A stretch of 64,000 bases of DNA, from the NCBI GenBank assembly GCA_963674735.2, contig CAXXQS010000001.1, positions 2,630,913 to 2,694,912 on the forward strand, read 5' to 3'. This document shows, one piece after another, positions 50,223-61,933 of the stretch. Both the position numbers and the translations under genes were made by a program. This DNA comes from Myxococcota bacterium (lineage in GTDB: Bacteria; Myxococcota_A; SURF-8). The notes under the pieces were generated by a model, which did not search any database, was not told the DNA's origin, and saw only the letters and a list, made by a program, of their open reading frames with translations. How positions within the stretch are numbered: position 1 is the stretch's first letter; each line of letters opens with the position of its first letter.

Positions 50223-50718
50223 GGGTCGCCTCCTGTGTTGTCCGGAATCGCACCAAAATTCAGAATACTTGAGCTCTCAGAGTAGCGGCATTCCCCCTAA
50301 AAGGCAAGGGAAAGGAACGGCACCGCAGCCTTGCAAAACCCGCCAAACCCAACACCGAACGCGAATGAAAAAATCACGTTTTTTAGCCAAGAAACGGGGC
50401 TCACCGGCACCCAATTCTTTATCAGAGAAATGTTCTCACGTAAAACGAAAGCAGTCACGATGTCGCCCAAACCCACTGCCAACACCGAAAATTTCTTTTT
50501 ACAAGGCAGATTTTTATTAACGTCAACCCCGCCATGTCGTTCACTTTTCCAATGCAATTATTGAACTTAATCAAGATTAGAATATCAACTTTACATGTTA
50601 TATCATGGATTTAAGCATTGCTAATACTGGCCTTCGTTCACAATTTAGTGAACTTTTTGTGCATTCGAGGTGTATTTCGGGCTTGCTTTCGGGGTTTAGG
50701 TACGGCAAGCTGAAAAAC

Positions 50719-51600
50719 ATGAAACGCAGCAAACTCGACATTTTCACCTATCTCGACTTCAGGCGCTACCTTAGCGAGCGCCTGGCGGAGTTGAAGGCCG
50801 AAAACGCCAAGTACAGCTTGCGCTACTTGTCCGACCGCCTGGGCCTGAAAAGTAAAAGTCATCTCAAGATGGTGGCCGATGGTCAGCGCAACCTGTCACC
50901 CAAACTGGCCGCTTCTTTGGCCGACGTCCTGGGGCTTAGTGCGGATGAAACGGCCTTCTTCAAGGCATTGGTTCTCGCCAATCAGGCCCGCACGCCCGCC
51001 GACCAAAGCGCGGCGCTCGATGAACTGCGGCGCAAGCGGCGTTTTAAGAAGCTGCATCGGCTCGATCTCGACCGCTTCGATTACCTGGCCGATCCGTTGC
51101 TGCTGACTCTGCGCGAGATGACCACGTTCCCCGATTTCCAAGACGATCCCGCCTGGATCGCCACTCGCCTGCCGGGGCGCGTGGGCAAACGGCGCATCGA
51201 AAAGGGGCTCATGCAACTTGAGCGGGCCGGACTGCTTGTCCGCCGAGACGACAATCGCCTGGAAGCGGCGCATAAACACCAGCACACCGGCGACGGCCTT
51301 CACTCGGCCGCGCTGAAAACATTTTACGCAAATACGTTCAAGGCAGCGGAACTTTCCATGCGCCAACCGGCAGACGTCCGGCAGTTGGCCGGATTGACCA
51401 TGGCGATTTCCCGCCCCGCCTACGACCGGATCCTCGAACGCCTGACGGTCTTTATCGACGATGTGCGCGCCATCGCCGATGCCGACGCAGGCTCCAACGA
51501 GGTCTATCAACTCGCACTCGCTTTGTTCCCCCTCACCCGCCCCGGAGTTGGTGAAGCGGAGGACGATGGAAGTAAAGGAGGAAATGATGGCACGGAGTAA
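50719..51600 (+). CDS. TIGR02147 family protein (HTH + DUF4423)
   Basis: IFTYLDFRRYL..YSLR.L...LGLKS.SHL..V..G.RNLS..E..FF..LV; C-terminal VYQL...LFPLT. Confidence 0.9.
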   Translation: MKRSKLDIFTYLDFRRYLSERLAELKAENAKYSLRYLSDRLGLKSKSHLKMVADGQRNLSPKLAASLADVLGLSADETAFFKALVLANQARTPADQSAALDELRRKRRFKKLHRLDLDRFDYLADPLLLTLREMTTFPDFQDDPAWIATRLPGRVGKRRIEKGLMQLERAGLLVRRDDNRLEAAHKHQHTGDGLHSAALKTFYANTFKAAELSMRQPADVRQLAGLTMAISRPAYDRILERLTVFIDDVRAIADADAGSNEVYQLALALFPLTRPGVGEAEDDGSKGGNDGTE

Positions 51601-54600
51601 TCGATCGCGATGGGTTTCCAACGCTCTGTTCCTAATGGTGCTGGGTCTGATTTTCTCTGGCTGTCTTTCCGAAACCGTGCTCGTCACCGATGATGAGATG
51701 GACAATTTCGAAATGATCGAGCTGATGGGCGGGACCACCGGAGAAGGCAATCCCGCCTCTATCGAAGTCGGCTTCGTCTCGGTCGAACCGCCCTCCAGCG
51801 TTCAGGTTATCGCCCGCTGGAAAAAGGTGACATTCGATATCAATCAAGTCTTCCTGCCTGCCGCATTCGAGTGCGACACGCTTAACGGAGACGTTCTGGA
51901 GGCCCAGCGAGGCTCCATCGAGATCCCCTTCATCAGCCGGGGCGGTCCGCGTCTCAAGCTTCTCGCACCTTCGCAAACGCCATACTGCGGTATCGACTTC
52001 GTTTTGCCTGAATCCTCCGATAAGCAGGCTCCTTTTCATGCAAAAGGCTTCAGCCTGGCGGGTCAACCCGTAGAGGTGAAAGTCGATCTCTACCAACGCC
52101 TGCGCTTTCTGGCACGCAACGATTTCTTCAACTGGATGCCCGGACAGAAGCTCAACTGGCTGGTGGTCCTCGACCTGGCCGAGCTGCTGCCTCAGTCGCT
52201 CATCGATCTCATCGTTCCCGACGACGACGGTGTCCGGCGTGTCGATGCCACACACAACACGGATTTGATCGTGGCCGTCAACCGGGCGATCATTTCGGCT
52301 TTTTCTCTGATCAACGACCGCAACGGCAACGGCAAGCTCGACGAAGGCGAGTTCACCAACGAAAACCGGGTGGGACGGTCGGATTACGATAACGAACCTG
52401 AATCCGATTGCCCCATCTTGGAAATTTATTGCGACGACCATTATTTCCCCTGCCGACAACTGGACTTCGGTCGCGTGGGTGATGAGGAAATACTTGATCT
52501 TATGGTTGACGTCGGCAACAACATCCAGGCAGCCCGAAATTTAACCGTTCACGAAATCGTTATAAACAATCCACAGGATCTGGATTTTCTCCGGATACGC
52601 GAGATGCTCCCGCTGCCCCAGTATCTGGTTCCCAGTGAAGCAATGAGCTTCAGTGTCGAATTGGGCAGTGGTTTATGTCAGGAAGGTGAAGCTTCGTTAA
52701 CCATCCTCACGGACGACTGTCTGACCCCGCTGATCAACATCCCGATAACTTGGAGTTGCTCACATACACCGACCTGCGATAACTATTCAATACAGCCCGA
52801 AACACTCGATTTCGGTACGGTACCTAAAGGTGATAAGAAGATCCTCCCCCTCAAGTTGATGGCCGAGGAAAACAACAGCGCCGGTATCACCATCATCGAC
52901 GCCACCGTTGAAGGTCAGTGGGTCTTTTCCATCGAAGAAGAATTCCCTCTCACCTTGCGGCGAGGCAGCAGCCTTACCCTGAATATCGCTTTCGAGCCGG
53001 CAAGCTCTGATCCGACCAACGGGCGCTTGCTCATCGCTTCGGACGCCTGCGATCAGGAAATTATGATTGTGGATCTGTTCGGAAACGAAATTTCCCCTCA
53101 GCATTGCCTGGATATCGAACCTGACGCCCACGACTTCGGAACGTTGCAATACGGGGCTCTCCCCAGTAATCAGGTTTTCTGCGTCAAAAACGGCTGCAGC
53201 ATTCCGGTCGATCTGACATCGGTCGCGTTGGAAAACGGCGAGCATTTCACCTTCGGCAACTTTGGGGGTGAAATACCGGTCGGCGGAAGTAGCAAACGCT
53301 TGGAATCGAACGAACAATACTGCTTTGCGGTGCAGTACGAGCCCCAGGCCCCCAGCAATGCCGAGGACCACACTGACCATGTGCGCATCACCAGCAACAG
53401 CCCCTACGCCTTTGAACAATCGATGTCGATCGCACTCACCGGAAGAACCGAAAATGTGTTGCTATCGGTCTGGCCCAATCCGCTGGATTTCGGAACCGCG
53501 TCGGTCGACGACGGCGTCTGCACGAACAACAGCGACTGCCGGGCCGGGTATGTCTGTCACAACGAAGGCTGCGCTCGGATGCTGGAGGCGTTGATTTACA
53601 ACTGGAGTGAAGAGCGTGTGCTAATCAAGGATCTGGATATCTCAGACCTGGGCAGCTCCGCAGACTGCAGCGAATTCAGCATCGATTCCACGAGCTTGGA
53701 ACAGGTTGCCGCCAGAATCTGCACCCAGGACAGCGACTGCCTTTTCGGCATGGTGTGCGACGAAGTGGAAGGCGTCGAAAACCGCTATTGCCAGATCTTG
53801 CCGGGAGCGAGCACGCCGGCTCCCGTTATACTCTATTATCAACCTGAGGATAGCGGCTTCGATGTCGATTGTTCCTTGCGCCTGCGTCACAACCTACCCG
53901 GCATCAACGAGTTTTTACCCTTCGACATGATCGCGGAAGGTGCTCTGACCAATCAAGCCCCCGTGGCCCGTGCTTCCCTGCAAGATCATGGATCACCTAT
54001 CACGACAGCCATAGAAAATGTCAACATCGATACACGCCTGTGTTTCTACGGCAGTATCAGCTACGACCCGGACGGCACCATCACAGCCTATGACTGGTCC
54101 CTGCCCACCATCCCGCCGGGCAGCGCTGGCAACATCGTGTTGCGCTCCGAGGCGGGCATCCCGGGGGTGAATTGCTGTATCGATTTCGATGCCCCGGGCG
54201 ATTATGTGTTGCGGTTGATGGTCAAAGATGACCAAAACACATGGTCGAATCCCTTGGATATCACTATCGCGGTCGGTGACGATGACGATTGGTTGACCAT
54301 CCGCTTAACCATCGAAGATATCGGGGGCGAGTTCCTCGGCACAAACCAGATCGATGTGGATTTAAAGGTAGAAGACCCCATCGGCATCGTTTGCTACGAT
54401 GAACGCCTGAATTCCAATAATACCTGTAGCTTTGCTCCCGGTAACGGTATCGCCATCATGTCCCAGTGGATCGGCGAAGACGGAACAAATAGCACCGTGG
54501 AAGAAATGCGCCTCGTCTACCCTGTCGATGGCGCCTGGACCTTCAGCGCAAGCTACGCGAACGATTGCAGCGACTGGTACGATTTCCTGGTTGTCCCTTT

Positions 54601-54769
54601 CTGCGGAGCCACGGAAAGAAACTTGGACTACACGCTGGAATTCATCAATCCGAATACGGGTGACGAATACTTCCCCGCCGTCAATGGTACCCTGAAAGAG
54701 GCTGGCGATATGAACTCCTACCGAATCATCCGACAAGACGGACTTTGGTCTCCCCCCCAACCTCTATGA
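51584..54769 (+). CDS. Large lipoprotein: N-terminal GTTGEGNP domain, 4 ASH/choice-of-anchor D domains, PKD and C-terminal beta domain
   Basis: AAGGAGG RBS overlapping the TIGR02147 end; lipobox IFSGC; four DFG domain starts; NQAPVA..SYDPDG..Y.W..PGDY.LRL.V.D PKD. Confidence 0.85.
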   Translation: MMARSNRSRWVSNALFLMVLGLIFSGCLSETVLVTDDEMDNFEMIELMGGTTGEGNPASIEVGFVSVEPPSSVQVIARWKKVTFDINQVFLPAAFECDTLNGDVLEAQRGSIEIPFISRGGPRLKLLAPSQTPYCGIDFVLPESSDKQAPFHAKGFSLAGQPVEVKVDLYQRLRFLARNDFFNWMPGQKLNWLVVLDLAELLPQSLIDLIVPDDDGVRRVDATHNTDLIVAVNRAIISAFSLINDRNGNGKLDEGEFTNENRVGRSDYDNEPESDCPILEIYCDDHYFPCRQLDFGRVGDEEILDLMVDVGNNIQAARNLTVHEIVINNPQDLDFLRIREMLPLPQYLVPSEAMSFSVELGSGLCQEGEASLTILTDDCLTPLINIPITWSCSHTPTCDNYSIQPETLDFGTVPKGDKKILPLKLMAEENNSAGITIIDATVEGQWVFSIEEEFPLTLRRGSSLTLNIAFEPASSDPTNGRLLIASDACDQEIMIVDLFGNEISPQHCLDIEPDAHDFGTLQYGALPSNQVFCVKNGCSIPVDLTSVALENGEHFTFGNFGGEIPVGGSSKRLESNEQYCFAVQYEPQAPSNAEDHTDHVRITSNSPYAFEQSMSIALTGRTENVLLSVWPNPLDFGTASVDDGVCTNNSDCRAGYVCHNEGCARMLEALIYNWSEERVLIKDLDISDLGSSADCSEFSIDSTSLEQVAARICTQDSDCLFGMVCDEVEGVENRYCQILPGASTPAPVILYYQPEDSGFDVDCSLRLRHNLPGINEFLPFDMIAEGALTNQAPVARASLQDHGSPITTAIENVNIDTRLCFYGSISYDPDGTITAYDWSLPTIPPGSAGNIVLRSEAGIPGVNCCIDFDAPGDYVLRLMVKDDQNTWSNPLDITIAVGDDDDWLTIRLTIEDIGGEFLGTNQIDVDLKVEDPIGIVCYDERLNSNNTCSFAPGNGIAIMSQWIGEDGTNSTVEEMRLVYPVDGAWTFSASYANDCSDWYDFLVVPFCGATERNLDYTLEFINPNTGDEYFPAVNGTLKEAGDMNSYRIIRQDGLWSPPQPL

Positions 54770-54811
54770 TTGTTTCCTTTTTATTCTCCCCACTCCTTTC
54801 CTCTTTCCTCC

Positions 54812-54840
54812 GGGAGGCCTTCGGGCCTCCCACTTTTTTT
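54812..54840 (+). terminator. Intrinsic terminator
   Basis: GGGAGGCC-TTCG-GGCCTCCC-ACTTTTTTT. Confidence 0.9.
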
Positions 54841-54914
54841 AGCTTTCGTACCGGCACATAAACAACAAACGGGGCCCGCAGGCCCCGCCGGATGAAATCA
54901 TGATTTTGTCGGGT

Positions 54915-57615
54915 TTAGAACCAATACGGCATGCAGCATTCCGATTGCAAGCCGAAAATATTGGGACACCCCAACGGATCGTCGATGGGCCAATAGCCTT
55001 CCCAACAATCGTCAAAGCTCATATTGCAGTAGCCACCCATATCCTCGCAAGCGGTGGTTTGCTGGGGCAGGCAGCAGACACAGTCGCCCAGACAGGGGCC
55101 CTCGCATTCGTAATTCCAGGAGGATGCGTAGCCATCCACGCAACCGAGGATTTCGGGAACGCAATAACCATGCAAATTTTCGCAGGTATACATCCCTGCA
55201 CAGAGCATTTCCGGCTCCGGTTCACACCACCAGCGCCCATTCTCACACCAGCACCAGGGCACCCATTCACCGTTGGGACACTCGAACCACTCTTCTTCGC
55301 CCGGCTGGCACTCCCATTCATTGCACATCTGCATCGGATCGTCGCTTTCACAGTACCACCAACCATCATCGGTGCACCAGCACCAGGGCACCCACTCGCC
55401 GTTCGGGCACTCGAACCATTCTTCTTCGCCCGGTTGGCACTCCCATTCATTGCATAAATCTTCGGGATAATCCGTTTCGCACCACCACAAGCCCTCCTCC
55501 ACACACCAACACCAGGGAACGTCACGTCCGTCGTTACAGGTATACCAGCGTTCCTCGCCCGGTCGACATTCCCCCACAATCCGGCACTGATTATCCATGC
55601 ACACGGCACCGGCAACCGAGCGGCTCCGGCTGGCGCACTCGCCGTCGTCCTGACAGTAAGGTATGGTTTCGATACAGCGCGCCTGGGTGCCACTACCCGC
55701 GTGGTAGCAGCTTATCTCACCGCAGTCTCTGTCATCATAACAGCGGTCTTCCCAAGGCAGGCAACACAAGCCATAGGGATCATCACAGCCCGCCGGGTTG
55801 GAGATCGATGTATATCCATACACACATCCATTGTTATACCCGGTGCAGTAACCGCCCCATTCCAGACATTGGGGTTCTTCGCCGCCCGGGACGCAACAGA
55901 CACAGCCACCCGCGCAAACCGCATCGCCGCAACCGCCATCTTCAGCATGATAACCGCTCGGACAACCGCTGGTCCAGCTCATGCAAAAACCACCCAAGTC
56001 CCCGCAATCACGCGGTTCATCGGGCAAACAGCACACCGGCAGACCGCTCTCGCAGAAGGTGAATTCATCGTAATGGGTTCCCTCCGGACAGATGGGGCTC
56101 CAGCCGATGCACACGCCGTCCTGATCTTCGCAACTAAGCGGATTTTCAGGGAAACAGCAGATGCCACCATCCATGCAGACATAAGCCACTCCCGACGTAC
56201 TGCCCCAACCATCGGGACAACCGCCGTTGTCCGAGGCCTCGAAACAATGCCCCCCCGCATCCGCGCAATAGTCATACCAGGGCTGACAGCAGGTATCCCC
56301 GCCATAGCAAGACAGATTGACGGCCGAGGCTCCAAGCGGACAAGACTCGCCGGAATCGATGCAAAAACCCGCTTCCAGTTCACATTCGTTGGGCACGCCC
56401 GGTAGACAGCAGTCGGAGCCGTTCGGGCAACCCAGCGGATCGGCCGAAACATAGCCCCCCATCCCGCAATCCCCCGGATCATTGACACAAGTGCCTCCGC
56501 GTTCTTCGCAGCGGGTCGGTCCCGGATCGCAGAGGCCTTCCGGATCGTCGATGCAACTGAACTCGGCAAAGCAGGAGGCGTAATCGATCAGCGCGCCGGA
56601 GCAGCTATCGTACCAGCCTTCGCTGTAGGTTCCCACATAGCGACACTGGGACGCACAAGCCGCGCACTGAGAAAAGACGATCGCATCGCCGGTACACGGA
56701 TCATACCAACCCTCCGAGCGGGTTCCGATCAGATCGCAGAAAGGTTTGCAATCGCCGCCCTCGCAGAGACACCAGGGAACCTGCTGACCATCGGGACAGC
56801 TGTAGTCGATCGTCTGGCCGGAGGCGCATTGCGGCTCGTCGGGACACAGGGAGGACGGATCGTCCATGCAGTCCCAATCGCCGCTATCGTTGCACACGCA
56901 CACGGTAACGGTGGAACCGTCCCAGCAGGAATAGTCAGCCGTTTCACCCGCCTGGCATTCGCTCGGCATGCAGGCTTTGCCCAGGCAGAAACTATTGGAG
57001 TAGCTTTCTTTCCACACAGCGCAGTGATTGTCGTCGCAGTAAGGAATAAACTGGGTGCAGCCTCCCCAATCCGTATCCGCACAAAAAGACGTGCCGCATT
57101 CGTTGTTGTCGAAGCATTGGTCGGGCAGACGCGGACAGTCGCTTTCGCAATTGCACAGGTTCTCGCCCGTACCGCAAACCCCGTTTCCGCAACGGGTGCA
57201 CACGAAACAAGGACAATTGGGCGAGGCACAGGCGGTATCGGGATCGAACGGATCGATGGGGGTATTGGCCGGAACGGGAGTCAGTCCCGCGCAGCACTGC
57301 TCGTTGGGCTCTTCTCCCTGCTCGCCTTCGCCCAGGCATCCGGGTGCATCGGGCAAACAGCAGAACGTGCCGAAAATGTCGCAGCCCAGGTTGTTGTCAG
57401 CCGGGTGATAGCGCCGAACGGCTGCAGGTGGACATTTCCGGGCTTTCGCAGTAGCCGCCTTCGCTTAAACAGGCTTCGGCCACCGATAGCGGTAGACAGC
57501 ACATCCCGGAGGGAAATCCGCAGCCCAACGAATCGGCCGCACCACGCTCGCCGTCCTCGCAAGGTCCGTCACCGATGCAGTGACCGCCCCACTGTTGGCA
57601 GATCGAATCCGGCAT
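54915..57615 (-). CDS. Cys/Trp-rich repeat protein, 5' truncated at the junction, apparent frameshift ~57410-57425
   Basis: Repeats C...GG.C....C..G......C.....CC and ECxPGEE.W..CP.G..VPWCWC; the same repeat type continues in another frame to 57615; no signal peptide present. Confidence 0.8.
55246..55454 (-). repeat. Two near-identical 80-bp coding repeats (55246-55325, 55375-55454)
   Basis: Both encode CNEWECQPGEEEWFECPNGEWVPWCWC; the differences are synonymous. Confidence 0.85.
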
Positions 57616-57652
57616 CCGCTCCCTGAAAAAACGGCTGCTTTTCGAAACCTGA
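57614..57652 (+). other. Last codons of a probable uvrB (IRSLKKRLLFET*), cut off by the junction
   Basis: Peptide resembles the UVR-domain end of UvrB (..RDRIxxLKK) and stops 24 bp before uvrC. Confidence 0.6.
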
Positions 57653-57676
57653 CAGTCTCTTAAAAAGTCACCAGAC

Positions 57677-59512
57677 ATGAAAGCATCCTCGAAACCGACC
57701 GATTCCGAACGACTCCAGGGCGTCATCGAAAGTATTTCCGAAAATCCCGGCGTCTACCTGATGAAAGATGCCGGGGGAAGCATCCTGTATGTGGGCAAGG
57801 CCATCAACCTGAAAAAACGGGTGGCGTCCTATTTTCAGAACAAAGAAAACCACAGCCCCAAAACGGCCCTGATGGTCGGTCGGGTGGCGGACATCGAAAC
57901 GGTGGTGACGGCGTCAGAGAAAGAGGCCCTGATCCTCGAATCCAACCTGATCAAACGCCATCGACCGCGTTTCAACGTGGTGCTCAAGGATGACAAGCGC
58001 TATCCATCCATCCGCATCGACACACGAACCGTTTATCCGAAAATCGAAATCGTGCGAAAAACACCCAAGGACGGTGCCGTCTACTTCGGGCCCTTCTCCT
58101 CGGCCCTTGCGGTACGGCAGACGGTTAAACTGGTCAACAAGACCTTTCCCTTGCGAAAATGCAGCGACCGCAGCATGGCCAACCGCACACGGCCCTGCAT
58201 TCACCACCAGATGGGACAGTGTTTAGGACCGTGCTGCCTGACCGTCGATCCCGAAAAATACAGCGGTATCGTCAAGGAAGTGATCCTCTTTTTGAAAGGG
58301 CGCACTCCCGAACTGATCCAGCGGGTTCGCCGTCAGATGGACAAGGCTGCGGCCGAAGAGGATTTCGAGGCCGCAGCGTCGCTCAGGGATCGCATGTTCG
58401 CCCTCGAAAAAACCCTGGAGCGCCAGGTGACGGTGACCACCGATTTCATGGATCGGGACGTGATCGGTATCAGCGGCAACAGCGACTTCAGACTGGTCAC
58501 GGTGATGACTTTGCGTCGGGGTTTTTTGCAGGGAGTGCGCCATTTCGAACTGGTGCAGGCCGCACCGGAAAAAGGAGAACTGGTGGCGCAGTTTCTTGGC
58601 CAGTTTTACCAGGAGTCCCATGGCATCCCGGTAGAGATTCTGGTGCCCGATCTGCCAGCCGAGAAAGCCCTTCTGGAAGAAACGCTGACCGAATGGAAAG
58701 GACGCCGCGTGCGAATCCACCGTCCCACGCGCGGCGAAAAACGAAAATTGCTGGAGATGGCCCGGACCAATGCCGATAACACTCTCAGGGAGCGGTTGCA
58801 GCGGGCATCCCGGGAAGCGGCGGTGCTCGAAGGCCTGCAGCGCCGTCTTCACATGGATCGGCTGCCGCTGCGCATCGAATGTTTCGACAATTCCAATCTG
58901 GGCGGTACCAACCCGGTTTCGGCCATGGTGGTCTTTGAAAACGGCCGTCCGTACAAGGCGGGTTACCGGCGCTACTCGATACGTTCGGCCAGCGGGCAGG
59001 ACGACTACGCCAGCATGGCCGAAGTGCTGACCCGACGCTACGGCAAGATCGGACCGGACAACCCGGCGCCCGACCTGATGCTGGTGGACGGCGGCAAAGG
59101 GCAGCTCGCCATTGCCAGCGCAGTGATCGGGCAATTGGGACTTGCCGGGCAGTTCCATCTGGCCGGCATCGCCAAGAAAGACGAGCGCAAAGAGGAGGTC
59201 GACGACAAGATTTATCTGCCGGGCCGCACCAATCCGGTAAACCTGGGCCACGATGGCCGCCTGCTGCTGTTATTGCAGCAGATTCGCGACGAAGCCCACC
59301 GATTTGCGATCACCTTTCAACGCAAGCGCCGGCAGCGGAGTATGGTCCGATCCGCACTGGACCAGGTGGCCGGCGTGGGCCCCAAGCGCAAAGCGATGCT
59401 GTTGAAGCATTTCGGCAGCATCAAAAAAATCCGGGCAGCCACTGTGGATGAAATCAGCGAACTGCCCGGAATGAATCGATCACTGGCCGAGGCCATAAAA
59501 CAAGCGTTGTAA
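57677..59512 (+). CDS. uvrC: Excinuclease ABC subunit C
   Basis: PGVYLM..YVGKAINLKKRV.SYF, EALILE.NLIK, RIECFDNSN, DGGKGQ, RDEAHRFA, HhH. Confidence 0.98.
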   Translation: MKASSKPTDSERLQGVIESISENPGVYLMKDAGGSILYVGKAINLKKRVASYFQNKENHSPKTALMVGRVADIETVVTASEKEALILESNLIKRHRPRFNVVLKDDKRYPSIRIDTRTVYPKIEIVRKTPKDGAVYFGPFSSALAVRQTVKLVNKTFPLRKCSDRSMANRTRPCIHHQMGQCLGPCCLTVDPEKYSGIVKEVILFLKGRTPELIQRVRRQMDKAAAEEDFEAAASLRDRMFALEKTLERQVTVTTDFMDRDVIGISGNSDFRLVTVMTLRRGFLQGVRHFELVQAAPEKGELVAQFLGQFYQESHGIPVEILVPDLPAEKALLEETLTEWKGRRVRIHRPTRGEKRKLLEMARTNADNTLRERLQRASREAAVLEGLQRRLHMDRLPLRIECFDNSNLGGTNPVSAMVVFENGRPYKAGYRRYSIRSASGQDDYASMAEVLTRRYGKIGPDNPAPDLMLVDGGKGQLAIASAVIGQLGLAGQFHLAGIAKKDERKEEVDDKIYLPGRTNPVNLGHDGRLLLLLQQIRDEAHRFAITFQRKRRQRSMVRSALDQVAGVGPKRKAMLLKHFGSIKKIRAATVDEISELPGMNRSLAEAIKQAL

Positions 59513-59659
59513 TACGATATTTGTTCAGAAAGGGTAGATTGCGGCTTCAGATCGAGGCCGCAGCTTTTTCGAAACCGGAGGCGTGGCAGTACCACGTTGA
59601 GGATTTCGAAAATGCAAGAACGAAGATATGGACCGCAAGATGCCCTTTATGGACGAATA

Positions 59660-60718
<1,059 letters not shown>

Positions 60719-60923
60719 TCAATTGTTGACAAAAAAAGGGCAAACAGGATAAAACACCAGCTGTAGCAAAACATTAGGTTCATTGGGAATCGTTTCGCGT
60801 CCGGCCGGTGAAACCCCGAAAAGGGAAGACCGATTCGCCGGCCATCAGGCCGAACGCCAATCTTTTGCAGCCGGGTCGGACAAGAATCGGCCCGACGGTT
60901 CGCCAAGTAAAACAGGATCGTGA

Positions 60924-61846
60924 ATGGATATCAGCCTGCAAATCAAGTCTTTTTTGAGCCAGGCGGAATTGTATCGCTCCCAGGGGCTGTTCACCGAAGC
61001 CAGAGCAAAATACGATGCCGCCTTGGACATGATCAACAAGATCGACAGACTCAAAAACAAAGACAACCTCCTGAAAATGATTTCAGGAAAGATCGATCAG
61101 CTTGAAAAAAAGACCGCCAAGGTTGAAACCGGGCCTTCCTCCCCGAGCTTTCCGAAAAGGGACAAAACCTCATCAAAAACCTTTTCGGCGAAAACGACCT
61201 TGAAAAAGCCGTCGCACTGGCCAAGTTCGGGCAGTTCGAACGGGCCATCGTCGAATTGAAGTCCCTCTTGAAAGATGACGCTTACCGGATCGATGCCGGG
61301 AAAAACATCATGCGGTGTAAAATCGCCATCGGCTCCATCGACGACGCCATCGATCAGTACAACCAGTGGCTTTCCGGCGACCTGTTCACCACCGGCCAGT
61401 TGGAATCGATTCGTACCTACTTGCAGCCGATTATCGACAGAAAAGGAATCGACAAAATCCTGACCGCCCCCGATGTTTCGGTTGAAGAAGAGGCCGAAGC
61501 CGAGCCGGCGCAGAGCGGCGGCATCGAATTCAGCATGCCCGAACCCGAGGAAGATATCCTGGATATTACCTCCATCGGAATTACCTTTACCAGCGGAACG
61601 CAAAAAGGGAAAATGGTCGAATTCGATGTCAACTTCCAGTCCGGCGGCATGTTGAGCCTGATTATTTCAAAAGGCGATCGCGGATTGATCGAAGAGTTGC
61701 AGGCCGGTGATCAACTGGAAGACGTTCAATATTATTCGCCCATTGCCATGTTCAAGGGAACGGCCATGGTCTCCAATAAAACAGAAATCACGACCGGACC
61801 GAAACAGGGCGATTTCTGTCTTGATATAAAGGTTACCAGTACTTAG
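60924..61846 (+). pseudogene. Single TPR-like hypothetical gene split by a 1-nt deletion at ~61141-61144 (probable sequencing error)
   Basis: Adding one C to the C-run gives ..GPSSPELSEKGQNLIKNLFGENDLEKAVALAKFGQFERAIVELKSLLK.., joining ORFs 60924 and 61256. Confidence 0.7.
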
Positions 61847-61933
61847 CCGATATGCTTATGCAGCGATCATGGCATCGCTGTTTCAAACGAATCTCCAGCG
61901 AATTCATTATACAAACCGTTAAGGAAATTCTTT

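Noticed and set aside
55246-55454. Near-identical repeat pair as a DGR template/variable repeat
   Set aside because: Both copies are in-frame in one gene, the differences are synonymous and not adenine-specific, and there is no reverse transcriptase in the window.
57590-57680. Mobile-element insertion site at the junction
   Set aside because: No transposase, integrase, terminal repeats or target duplication; both flanks are chromosomal genes.
60795-60910. GC-rich hairpins with a GAAA loop upstream of the MglA/PilZ cluster as a c-di-GMP riboswitch
   Set aside because: Lacks the GCAAA linker and tetraloop-receptor pattern; cannot be supported without a covariance search.
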